This document shows positions 8,009 through 20,296 of a stretch of DNA of 64,000 nt, piece after piece (positions within the stretch are counted from its first letter, which is position 1; each line of letters starts with the position of its first letter). The notes under the pieces are model-generated. The model was not told the DNA's origin, searched no databases, and worked only from the letters and a program-made list of their open reading frames with translations. Source of the stretch: Pavona decussata (Eukaryota); NCBI GenBank assembly GCA_977016875.1, contig CDRNST010000123.1, positions 2,232,001-2,296,000 on the forward strand. The letters are read 5' to 3'. The position numbers and the translations under genes are program-made.

Positions 8009-8121
8009 GCGCAATTTCTGAGTGCAATTTTTTTTGTCGCAATTTTTTGTCGCAATTTCTTGGCGCAATTTTTTAGCTCAATTTCGGAAAATGCGCCTAT
8101 ACCATCATATCCTATACTACT
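8009..8121. repeat. Polinton terminal region (part of the TIR) with periodic GCAATTT motifs
   Basis: GCAATTT at 8011, 8024, 8039, 8052, 8065 and TCAATTT at 8078; terminus TACTACT at 8115-8121. Confidence 0.75.
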
Positions 8122-8795
8122 GAAATTTAAATATCTTATTTATGTAGACTAGTTGCTTTGTCGGTGTAAGTTAAGTACAAATTACCACATTGTAACATAC
8201 CCATTTACCAGTTACTTAAGCGAGAAAGGTTTTGTTGCTGTCATTCACGATAGTCTTTCACTGCTAGTCACAAGAACGTTTGAAACTTATCCTTGAACCT
8301 AACCGGGTCTGTGGTGTATTAGAATAGTTAAACATAAATGTAAAAAAAACTTTAATTGCAGTTACTTTAATCATAGCGAAAATGTACTTTTAGTTTCTAG
8401 GTACTCTACTCAAATAATTGCAAAAGAAATAAGAAAGTTCCAAATTCAAAATAGCGAGTTAAGGTTAGAAATCCCAAGTGGCAGAAATCGAAGTAACCAA
8501 ACCAGTGTGCTATTTACAAGTGTCGCAGGAGAATTCAACTTAGTCTTCATACCCTGAAACAAACTCCAGATACTGGCCAGAGCGGACTCTGAGCCTTGAA
8601 TCTCCGGATTTGGAGGCGATTTAACCATCCACACATAAAATACACACACTTTATTTCAATTCAGACTACTGTTGCACAATAACATCCCGATGTCTTCGTA
8701 AAAAATAAAAATAAATAAAAAATAAAAAAAAACGCAACAACAAAAACATCACCACAATTGCAACTAAGCTGTACTTAGTCCATGTTTTTTTTTAG

Positions 8796-11700
8796 AGAGA
8801 GATCCTTGCCTTTCCAGTCCATGTCAAAATGGCGGAAGCTGCATTGACGATGAAAAACAAGAAACCGGTTACCGCTGTCGCTGTAGACCAGGATACAGTG
8901 GGCACAAATGTGAAGGTAAAGAATATCATCATTACTAAATTGTTGATTCCTTTGCTCGAAAAGTTGCAGAGCTTGGAAATCAGCTTTCTGAGTTCTTTCA
9001 AAATTTAATGGTTTGAGGGAGGCATGTTAGCAGTATTCTTGTCCATTAGTTTCCATTAATTCTGCAGTTGAATGATTTTTACCAATTAAAGATTAACATT
9101 AAGCGGCCTGGACATACGTCGCCTTTCAAGAAATAATAAGACCCAACTTTTATCAGGGAGAAAAACGCTCTCGCGTCAGTGACTGCATAAAATTCACACT
9201 CCATCCATATCCTTTCTTAACCATAGTTAAAGCTGTTATAAAATTCACATTTGCTTGTATTTCGTACAGGAAGACCCAACACGCGGGGAACATCAGGTAA
9301 TGTTACTTTTCAAGTTTGATTGTCTCAATTTAACACAAAAAGTGAAATTTGCGAAACCCAAGAATAGTAGTATAGAATAGAAGAATAGTAGTATCGAATA
9401 GTAGTGTATACTGACTCATCTCCGAATATACCCAGCCACGCGAATCCTTAGGAATGGCCTCATCCTTACGGAAAATTCTTGGCTTGCCCTTTTGTAGAAA
9501 TGACGGATCATTTCGATCCCCTGGAATTACAGCTGTGATAAAATGGCATCTCCAAAAATAGTACCCTATAGCTACGAATACAACAGTCTCTCTTCTGTAT
9601 TTACATGTTACAAAAATGTCTGATCACTTCGAATTGTACGTACTAGTGCTTGCTATTTCCCAAAATGGTAGTCTTAATATACTTCCAAGAATGTTAGATT
9701 ATTTTCAGGAATAGAAGAGCATTCGAAAAGTTGATGAATTGCAACTGCAAGTGTTACGAGATAATCAACTCAGCCCTCTGTTTTTCCTTTCTGTATGGCT
9801 CAATCGTCCTCTCTATGTTTCGTTGTTTCATAATTTGAAACCTACCATAGAGCAAAATGGGCGTGTTTTAAAGCCAGCTTTAATGTCACCCAAGTCTGCC
9901 CATTGAGCAACGCAGATCATTTGTCCATAAAGAAAACGTTGCTTTTCTATTGTGTGTAGCTGGATTCAGAGTAGAGATTGTGGAGTACATCAACATATTT
10001 CGAAGACTCCATGGCGCAGGCCCTCTCATCTTATCCACTGGCATTTCTTTGGCCGCCCAGAACTGGGCAAACACGCTGGTCTCGCGAGGAACGGCCTCCA
10101 TTGATCCAAACACAAGCTACGGGACGAATGTCTTCACCAGAGTTGGTCTTCAAACAGGATTGGCTCAAGCAGCTGTAGTGACGTGGTATACATCTGTGAA
10201 ACATTATGATTGGGCAAAACACGAGTCAAAAGTCCTTGCGTCGCCATTTGTTCACCTTATTTGGCTTTCAAGTAACTTTGTAGGCGTTGGTCTGGCCAGG
10301 TCACGGACTGCGAAGTTTTATGTTGTGGTGTACTTTGATCCCATGCCGGGAAATAAAGAACCGTTTCTTAAGGACAACGTCCTACCATACACAGGTGTTT
10401 AGCCGAGATATTTACAAAATTATCTTTAACACATTTAAAATAATCACAGCTGTTAACTGTTTTAAACATTGAGAATAATTACATAACAAAAACCTTACAC
10501 TCACTGGCGCAACATTATGAAACATACGGCTAATGAATAATACAATTGTTATGTGCATCGTTCGTGATTTTAAAAGTTCTTATGATATATTGATTTGTCA
10601 TTTAATTTTTTTGCTCTTAAATTAGTTTCAATTTGAATTTGGTACTACAGATTTATTTTTCTACGCGTTTCTGTTTTGTTTTCTTATTTTACTGACATTA
10701 TTATATCTTTCTGCCTGTGGCAGGAACAAACCTTGTTACTGACTCATACTTTAATTTTGTTTTCAGACGTATTTATTCTAATGCAAGGTGGTAAGTACAT
10801 GTCTCATCACCCTAAATAATAATCCTACGTCAAACGCCCCCTACAGCAGTGATAACATTTTTCGGTTTATAGTAAATTCTAAAGGTTGCCATCCTCGGTA
10901 AACCCCCCCCCCCCCCCCCACCCTACCTCCCAAGATAGACTTAAAAGAAATTAAGCTAGTGGCTCTTGTCTGGATGAGACGAAGGAGTAAATAGCCGTTT
11001 TTATACTAAAGACCGTTCTATGAAGAACTTGTAATTGGGCAAACATTTGTGGTATGTCTGGTTATGCTTCTCGTACTCCATCTAGCATAAAGAAGGGAAA
11101 ATGGCGGATTGTGTATAGACGAACTATTTCGGGTAGTGCATTGTTCAAGAAGATCCGGCTTATCCCAGTCTTTATACTAGATGAACTACGAGACACATAA
11201 CCAGACGCACTACAGATGTTTCACCAAGTTCGAATGATTACACTTCTCTAGTATGAAAACGGCCTCAATCGTAGTCTGGAAAAAAAAGAGAAGACAGTGA
11301 TCTCCGTCATCGAATTTTCAATGATATAAACTGTGCGTTTGTTTTAAAACATTCCCTTTGTTGTCACTTTGATTTCACCGCTCTTGCTGCACATAATGTG
11401 CACGTTTTATACACGAGTATTGCCAATTTGCTGATCCTGCAAGCCTATGACCTTGTCGTGGTGGAGTAGCTTCATTTGCTCTCTGAGTTCACCGGGGCCA
11501 TACGGGCAGGGGAATTTTTTCTCTCGATGCTCAACTACGCAGACTTGATCTAGTGGGAAGGTGGCAACATGGAAACAATAGCCACCTAGTCCTCCAGGTT
11601 TGGGGTTGGGCGGTGGGTAAACTACCTATCAATCTAAAACTAATTAGCTACTGCGACGAGATTCGCTCTATAAGAAATCCCGCGCTTGGGGAACTATAAA

Positions 11701-14700
11701 CCGTACGTATCCACCATTTGATGGCACATTAAGAAATACTTCCGATCTCGACTTATCACCGTTGCTAAATTTGTCACTTTTGCCTTCATCAAGAATTGGG
11801 GAATATTTGGCTTTCATCTGTAAAGGTCTTGACTCAATTTATTTCTCACGATCCCTTGGTTTTTACCTAACAGTGTCGTGCAACCCGGGCTATAAGAAGT
11901 TTGAAGGCACCTGTTACAAATATCACGTCGACAAGCAAACCTGGGAAGCAGCATTGTTTCTGAGTGCGAAGGAAAACGCAACATTGGTCTCCTTTCACAA
12001 ATCACAGGAGGAAGCATTTGTCCAGACACTGATGCCACCAGGATATACAGGTTTGATCTGGACAGGTCTTAACGACCGGATCACGGAGGGAACCTATACA
12101 TGGTCAGACGGCACTACCGTTGAATACTCGAGCTGGAAGGCAAACGAACCAACAGGAGAGAAGGAAGATTGTGTCGGTGTAGAAGTGATCAGTTATGGCA
12201 CTATGTCGGATGTCCCATGTGCTGAGCCTCATTACTATGTGTCCAGGCAACCTCTTGAAGGTGAGAGGTTAAGTGATTACCATCTTTCACTAGGTTACCA
12301 ACGTCACCGTAAGGTTACGTGATTTAATGGAGGGGAAAGCTACTGTGCAAATAGTTATATATACGGCATATCAGTCTCGGTCGGAACTTGCGCAGATAAT
12401 TTTTTAAACAATTAAGCTACCAAGTGAAAACTTAAGTTCTTATAAAAATCAAGGTACATAAAAGTAAATGCCCCTTTCGTAAATGGAGTGGCAAGAGAGA
12501 GGATTTGCTGGGTGTTCAACGTTTATGTACTTTTATTCCAGTCCTGAAAGATCAAACGCGTTAATGGGTCTAATACACCATCGCTCACCATCTTGGATGA
12601 TCAGTGGTAATGTTTGAAAGTTTAGCTGGTTCATCCCATCTCCTCTACTCACGGCTTTGCACTTAGCAAAGACCGTAAGCACAGCAGAAAACCAACTCTG
12701 GTGAAATTTAAGTAACAGCAGTGCCTCTGAAGGTCTACTAAATTTTGTTTTACTTGAACATTTTAGGTCTGATAACATATCGCACAAAGCTCCAACTTCC
12801 TTCCCTACCGTGGACAGACGAGTATGGCCAGTCAACGTCACTGTTGTTCTTGCAACTAAAAAAAAAGATAGAAACACTGGTACGAATGAAGTTGTCTCTT
12901 ACACTCAATAATACCTTCAAAAACTCATTAATAATTCATATGCCCATTGACCTATCAAATGGTTGATAATACATCACGTGCAGTGACTTTATATCGATAA
13001 ACCTCCTCGTTATTAGCATGCGGTGTTTTATCAGCTGATAAAACACTCCCATAAGTATGCGGTGTTTTTCTCGTATGCTAATTTTCAACGTTTACAAAAG
13101 CATCCGTCGTCATGTTCTTATCTTGTTTTTTGATTTCATCTTGTAAAACAATAACTGAGGAGACCTAACGAGAACGAGTCACTTTGGTCCAATACGAGCC
13201 TTTTGATAATCTTAGCCAAAATTTTAAGAACATATTATGGACAAAACAAAGGTTGATATCGTCTTTCCAATACATTACACAAGTTATCAATAAAGATTAA
13301 CGATTTTGACATGTCAATGAGCTATGTTCTGGGATTTGGAGGTTTACTGACCAAAAGCAAAGGGAAAGTAAAATCACTGAAAGTTAGCGGGGAGTTCGAG
13401 TTAGCTGATAGTAAAGGACTGAAAAAAATGGTGTCAAATCCAAGGGAAATTGTTCGAGTCAGTGGGGAGTTCGAATTAACCGAGTTCGAATAGTTTCGCA
13501 CACTCTGATTTGACAAATCAAACTCCGGATAATATTTGCTATTCACCACACGGGGGCTGGGTATCCACTGGTTGGTAGATACTAAAATAATTACCCATTA
13601 ATATCCACCTCCAATTTGATGATTGTTAATTTTTATTACAATTGTGCTGTAATTATTCTTTGACATATTTTTTTGCTTTCTTTTTAAAGCTACTGGATAT
13701 TTTTGAAAATGACAAGACATTTGTGTCTGGATATGTTGAAGAATTCAGGTGATATTTCAAAACTTTTTCCCTTATACTTTTACACAACCCTACTAGTTGT
13801 AAACGAAAAGTATCGTATTTGTAGGAAGCTTAAGAAATTTCAAAGTAATTGACATATTGAACCTCACTTCCAGGGGAACTGTATTGGATTGCAAGTCCTG
13901 GCCTCTTTCACTAAGTTGCCGAACCCTTGAAAAAAAAGGGCCATTTCTTCGATTTTCACGGGATTATTTTCTAACAGGAAAAGTACTAGAACGCAACTTT
14001 TCACTTTTCCTCAACAATTTTTCACACATGCATCAAACGTAGAAAAATAAACACGCTCTTTCTTTCACTATTCTCTGACTATAATATTTTTCGATCTGAT
14101 CTGAGAAAATTTGGCGAAAACGCAATGTCGTGAACTTAGGGGTTGGAACTTTAAATCAAATGGAATTGCCTGTTTGCTCCAGCTATACCCAAAGGTGCAC
14201 CCTTGCATCTTTTACAAGTCTATTTTGCACCTTTAGGGAAAAGCCGTCGGTAACAGTTTCACTGATTTTAAAGTTCGGTCCTAATCTTGCTCCGGATCCC
14301 ACAAAACCAATTCAAGACCATTTGAGGAAAAACCTTGGACGCCTCCCAGCACCAGTTAACCAAAAGACCCTGATACAATCTGTCAGAATTGTTCCTCCGG
14401 GTAGGTGTTCTCCTCTTTTGTCTACATGCTACTACTTATTAATTGTAATTGAAATAGATTTACTCACCAACTTATTAGCAATCCCCATTACCACTGTATT
14501 CTATCGACGCCTTCCTCTAATTCTCAAGTGTTTTTCAATGATAACTTTGACTCGGTTTCAGGCTTTCACAGCTGTCTGCATAGCGGCGCTTTTAACTATC
14601 CATTTACCCAGCTTTTTATCTTGGCAATGAACGCAATTCAGACGACCTGAAAATTGTTAATAAACATTAGGGAAAGCAGACGTTTCGATGCCATCCTGAC

Positions 14701-15032
14701 TTCATTATTTTTATATAAAATTAACCATTCAAGTGGAATTATTTAAACTATGAACGCCCCAGGGGTTAAATATCCGCCAAACTGGTGCTCTACCGTGCAA
14801 GCTAACTTCATGAATGTCGTAGCATATTCATACTCGTTTCGCGCGTAATTCGAAGAGCACAAAGTAAAGTTGGATAATAAAGAAAATTCTTAAATTCTTT
14901 CCAGGGATTGCACCGGCTGTTTTAGGAACCTGCACCTCCAGCTGCCCCACAACCTGCTTAGTTACTTGCAATCCATTTTGCTGTAACTCCAAGATACCGG
15001 CCACCAGTAGCGTTCAGTATTCAGGCATGTAA
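8796..15032 (+). pseudogene. NOWA-like copy A (3' part): EGF-CAP-CTLD-SEA-CRD, truncated; probable pseudogene or short paralogue
   Basis: Exons 8796-8915 (EGF), 9270-9296, 9960-10394 (CAP), 10767-10790, 11874-12260 (CTLD), 12767-12879, 13690-13748, 14237-14400 (SEA), 14905-15032 ([18 protein letters not shown], then TAA where copy B has CAA). GT-AG with compatible phases. The 5' exons should lie beyond the Polinton. Confidence 0.75.
10993..11265. mobile_element. Old foldback MITE shared by copies A and B (also about 33852-34130)
   Basis: GCCGTTTTTATACTA ... TAGTATGAAAACGGC with long imperfect inverted arms. Confidence 0.6.
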
Positions 15033-15310
15033 CATGGAGTTATAGCCCAGGCAGCTCCTAAAGGACTTGTCATGCCCAATTTACGTTCTCAAGTTAGCAT
15101 GTTTCCTGTTCCAGATGATGAATGCTGTGTATGAAACCGACATGGTAAGAGGAAGAGGAGGCCTAACCGTATTAGTGCTGTGAAAGACGTGACAGAAAAC
15201 TTTGTAAAGCTTCACCGTCTTATTGACAAATTGAAAAACAGTCAAAGAATAACGCTAGTGATTCACAGAATGACAGTAAGACAAATGGAGCAGGAGAAAA
15301 AGTAGAAAAC

Positions 15311-18300
15311 TATTATGCTTTTGTATTCCCGAATACAAATAAACACATTCAAGATGGCTGTACAAACTACAACTCAGGTTTATTCACTAAAGTGAGGCAA
15401 TACATAAAAGCGCGAGCACGTGCTCTTTATAAAGACTGGGAACTAGTATTTCACAACATCTCTCTTTTTTTTAATAAACATGCGTCCAAATATATATAGA
15501 CGAGTCTAAACAATATGAGCATCAAAATCAATCTTAAACTTAATGTTCATGACTTGCATTAAAACACTGTTCACTTAATATAGACACAAAGTATGGTAAC
15601 AACTTGTGAAATGTTCTCTCTAATCGGTAACATAGTCTTTAAACCAAACAGGAGGTCGGATAATTCGACCCTTAAGCCTGGTTTACACGTAAGACGCAAG
15701 CATAAGCATAAGCACAAGAAACCTACGTGTAAACCGGTGCGACGCAAGCATAGGCGCCTTGTGCTTGCGCTTGTGCTTATGCTTGCGTCGTCCCGGTTTA
15801 CACGTACGACGCAACGACCCAAGCATAAGCACAAGCACAAGAGAATGGAACGATTTCCATTCTCTTGGGCTTGTGCTTATGCTTACGTCGTTGCGTCGAA
15901 CGTGTAAACCGGGACGACGCAAGCATAAGCACAAGCGCAAGGAAAGGAAACTGAAAAACAGTGACAAGTTGTCAGCGTACAATTTTGTTGCTCATGCGTT
16001 GCCATTTTCCGCCATGTTGGAATCAAATCTCGCCCCAAAAGGCAGCCCGGCTGCGTGATTGCGCCAAATTTGTTTGCTTCTGCGCTTGCGTATGTCACGT
16101 TATGCTTATGCTTATCGCACTTGTAAACATCCTTGTGCTTGTGCTTGTGCTTCTTCTTATGCTTGCGTCGTACGTGTAAACCAGGCTTGAGAACTGACTC
16201 TCTCATAGCTTACTGGATCATGGACTGGACTTGTGGTGTTGGTTCAGTTCTGAATCTTCTAGTCGCTGCTGCTGATTGGTTGCTTCAGTTGTCTTAATCA
16301 GATCACGTCTGTTTCTTCTGTAACTGGTTCCTTCTGAGTTACCAACATACGATCTTGGCGCATCGGTTACCCTGGTAACCACAGCAGGTGTCCATGTCTT
16401 CTGTCCTGGCTTTCTGACTCGCACAGTGTGTCCTGTGTTCAGGGTTTCAGAACTTTTGCATTCCGGTTGTAGTGCTGCTGCTGTATTTCTGCACGACGAC
16501 TGAGACCGTTCTTAATATTTCCGGTTGGATACTGTGGCTCTAGTAATGCAGGCGTGGAGGTAGTTGGGTTCTGGTTCGACGCCCCATAACCATCTGTGCT
16601 GGCGATAGGCCAATTTCCTCGATGGGAGTGTTTCGGTAGGCTAACAAACCAAGCTGAAAAACCTTTCCTTCAACTTTTGCTTTCTTCAGAATGTTCGCTG
16701 TTTGAACTGCTCGTTCTGCAAGACCATTACTATGCGGGTATCTGGGCGATGATGTAATATGCTTGAACCCATATTGCTTTGCGAACTCGGCAAACTCATG
16801 GCTACTGAACTCGGGCCCATTGTCACTGTCTATCATCTCAGGGATTCCATATCTTGCGAACTGAGGTTTAATGTGGTCTTGCTTTTACTATTGGCCAAGT
16901 TGGACACCTCAAAGAACTTTGAGTAGTAGTCAACCATAACCACATATTCTTGTTTGTCAACTTCAAGCAAATCCTCTGCAATTGTTTGCCATGGCCTTTC
17001 AGGTAATTCATGGCTCTTAAGTGGTTCTTTTGCTTGGGAATTTCTGTACATGTTACAGGTATCGCACTTGCATGCCATGTCTGCTATCTGTTGGTTCATT
17101 CCTGGCCAATACAAGAGATCTCTGGCTCTACGTTTGCACTTTTCGATGCCCAAATGGCTGCTGTGAACACACTGGTCGGCCCAGTAATAGACACGGCCCA
17201 AGTTCATAGGATAATGGGCTTTTCGACATCATAATACTAGAGTGTTGCACCACTTGTCAGCTTTTCTTTAATGGCTTGGAATCCTTTCTCTTGTCTTTCG
17301 GACCAATGCTTTTCCACTTCTTTGTGCAGTAGCTTCCTTACGGTGGCTGAGTTAGGTCTGCTAGGTTAGGTGTGAATATACTCATGTAGTTCACCATTCT
17401 AAGGAATCTTAAGAGTGCAGGCTTATCTGCTGGTGATGGCATTCCTTCCACTGCATGCACCTTTCTAGGATCTGGTTTTAATCCTTGACTGTTTTAACAC
17501 ATGCTCTAAGCGATGGTTGTGCTCTGCTTCGCTTCTGCCCCAGACATGAATATCATCAGCGATTGTCTTCACTCCACTCAGGTCCTCAAAGGCTTGAGTC
17601 ATTCTCTTTGGAAAGATCTCAGGGGCTACGTTTTAAATGGTGTTTCAAATGTTAACAGCTCAGAACTTTTCTCATCGAGCTTACTGTGCCAAAACCAAGA
17701 TGTGGCATCTGAAACACTAAATACTTTGGCATCACTTTATTCAGCTGCAACTTCGTCCACATTTTTCATAGGATAGTGTTCTCTCTGGAAAGCTTTATTT
17801 AAATCCCTAGGACCTGAACACAGTCACACTTTACCATTTGCTTTCTCCACAACCACTAAAGAACTAACCCATTCAGTTGGCTCCTCGGCTTTACGAATAA
17901 CACAAAGTTTTTCCATACGTTCAAGTTCTTCCTTGACTTTCTCTCTCTGCGTGAAAGGTATTTTGCGAGGTGGGTGTACAACGGGACTCACGGTAGGATC
18001 AATCTGAATCTGATAGGTACCCTCCAAACATCCAATACCATCAAACACATCTTCATACTTCATAAGGATTTCATTGACTTCTTGATTACATTTAGTACCA
18101 CTAGACAGGTTTTCATCCTCTTGAGTATGAACTGAACTGACTCTCTGGACCAGATTTAAATCATGACAGGTTTGAAGACCAATAACTGGAGTGGCTGGAT
18201 GCTCAATTATTTGAAATTCAACAGGGTGGGAGTTTCCACTAAGTTTCACCTGGAGTGTAGCTTTACCCATCGCAGGTATCTTGTGGCCAGTAAAAGACAC

Positions 18301-19444
18301 AAATCGGGTTTTTGACTTCCTCATTTTATTCATGTGTCAATTTACAGTACAAGGTATAAGGCCAAATGTTGCATTGAGCACCAGTGTCTAGTTTCACATT
18401 GACCTGGAGTTTATTGACCACTACACTTTGTATCCAATCTTTCTGAGTGAGTGGTTTGGTTCCCAAGACCCCAATAAAGAACTCATCTGTATCTGAATAA
18501 TCACATCTGAACTCACTTACTTGTTTAGAGCTGTCCCTTGGTTTGGACTGGCGCATTTTCGAGTAACGATTACTTTGTTTGCATTTGTTGCAAACCTGAC
18601 CAAAGGCTCGACATTTCTGAGGCTGGTGCACTTGTCCACATCTTCTACAATTGAACTGTTTTGTTTGTTTGTTTGTTTGTTTGTTTGCCTCTCGGTTTTC
18701 CAGGTGACTTCTTTGAGACGTCTTTCACATCGTGCACTTCTCGGTCATCCTGATTCACAACAATATTCTTCGCCTGATTTTCAGTTCTCTCAGATGACTT
18801 GCACACTGCTCGCTCCAAATTTAAATCTTTTTCTCGAAGAAGACGCTTCCTGACTTCGTTATTTCTGATACCACACACAATACGATCACGAATTATAGAA
18901 TCACACAACTCTTTAAACTCACAGTTTCTTGCAAGCTTGCGCATTTCCGTAACGTAAGCATTGATTCCTTCTGTCGCTCCTTGTGCCCTCGTGTTGAACA
19001 CATGCCGCTCGTAAGTTACATTCTTCTTCGGCGTACAATATTCTTCGAACTTCTTGATCACGACAGCTATCTTCACCTTGTCTTCGTCGCTGAGACCGAA
19101 TGTATTAAAGATTTCCAAAGCCTCCTCTCCTGCAACTGTTAGCAAAGTCGAACATTGCACTTGCGCTGGCTTCTTGTCGAAGCCCGTCGCGTTGAGATAA
19201 AGCCTAAATTGCTGGATCCAACGTCTTCAATTCTCTGCAACATTTCCTACCAATGATAACGGCTTCGGTGGTGGCAGTTGATTCATTATTATCCGGTTTC
19301 TAACACCATGTTATGCTCTTTGTAATAAACACATTCAAGATGGCTGTACAAACTACAACTCACGTTAATTCGCTAAAGCGAGGCAATACATAACCGCGCA
19401 AACACGTACTCTTTATAACGAATGGGAACTAGTATTTCACAACA
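15311..19444 (-). mobile_element. Decayed Ty3/Gypsy LTR retrotransposon
   Basis: LTRs 15311-15458 and 19309-19444; 5-bp TSD AAAAC (15306-15310, 19445-19449); PBS TGGTGTTAGAA (19298-19308); PPT next to 15458. Fragmented gag (from 19286), protease KLDTGAQCN, RT PPRKIP/WVSSLVVV, integrase HHCC, SDNGPEF, SNGLAER. Many stops and frameshifts. Confidence 0.95.
15675..16187. mobile_element. PIF/Harbinger-like MITE nested in the Gypsy 3' region
   Basis: TIR AGCCTGGTTTACACGTA.GACGCAAGCATAAG; flanks TTA/TGA; internal GCATAA/GCACAA repeats. Confidence 0.85.
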
Positions 19445-19449
19445 AAAAC

Positions 19450-20296
19450 GTTATCGAAAACATCGAGACAAATCTGAACAAGCTTGGAGTTGGTTTCAAG
19501 AAAAAGAATCAGCCCAAAAGCCACAACCATTTCAACAAGTTGCACGAAGCAACTGAAAATACAAATGAACATTTCAGCGTCACCATAAATCAGGCTGAAA
19601 ACTCAAAACTATCGCCTTTTAAAAAGAGGGAAGGCGGTGTATATGACCAGAAAAAAAATATATACTCATGAAATGATTGACGGTGACCAAGAACCCAGCA
19701 ACTTAGATGAGTCCGCCATTAATCCGAAAAACCATTCTAGCATTACAGAGATTATCAGCGAAGATCATCTAGAAGAACACGGGAAAAAAAGTCGAGTCAA
19801 TAGGACAGACTCAGTGGGCCAACTTGAGAATGACAGTTTAGGAAATGACGAGGACGATATTCCACATAGTCAAGAGATTAGTATGCAGGAGGACGACGAA
19901 GAAGCTGTGGGTGACGCTAGTCATTCCACTAACGAACCAACGGATAGCAATACTGAACCTGGAGATACCAGCTCGGAACCTGAAAATGACATTTCTGAAA
20001 CTGACAATGAAGACGAGAAGGGCGACAAACCTGTGGGTGACGCAAGCCATTCCATTAAAGAACCAGCAGATAGCAAAACTGAGCCTGGAGATACCAGTTC
20101 TGAACCTGAAGATGACATTTCTGAAACTGGCTATGAAGACGAGAAGGACGACGAAAATGAACCACTTGAGGATGATTTCAATTTGGAAGATTCTACAAAA
20201 GATCCCTCCGACGAGCTATTGGATGAAAGAGGAATTGTCGACGTTGGTAAATACGGGAAAAAAAGGAACATGGTTCTTAGAAAGAACTCGTCTTAA
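19450..20296 (+). pseudogene. Acidic low-complexity coding remnant, continuous with 15114-15310 across the Gypsy insertion
   Basis: Reading frame ...GEKVEN|VIENIETNL continues across the TSD; frameshift near 19655; Asp/Glu-rich ORF with a 42-aa (126-bp) duplication at about 19904-20150. Confidence 0.6.

Larger units (their letters stand above)
1..8121. mobile_element. Polinton/Maverick (adintovirus-like) endogenous DNA virus, right arm (left part outside window)
   Basis: Intronless, AT-rich, densely packed ORFs including penton-like, A32 ATPase and VLTF3-like genes. Ends in ...TATACTACT (reverse complement AGTAGTA, the typical Polinton terminus). Host sequence resumes at 8122 and matches the paralogous empty site at 29848. 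Confidence 0.93.
8122..15113 (+). repeat. Segmental duplication paralogous to 29848-39906
   Basis: Colinear high similarity in introns and exons, differing by TE insertions and deletions. Confidence 0.95.

Noticed and set aside
1-8121. Bacterial or phage contamination, or a chimeric join
   Set aside because: Polinton-type terminus and gene set, and the junction matches the empty paralogous intron at base resolution.
15571-16206. (KH)n, (LC)n and (LV)n ORFs, also 35797-36219
   Set aside because: Translations of MITE hexamer repeats in several frames.
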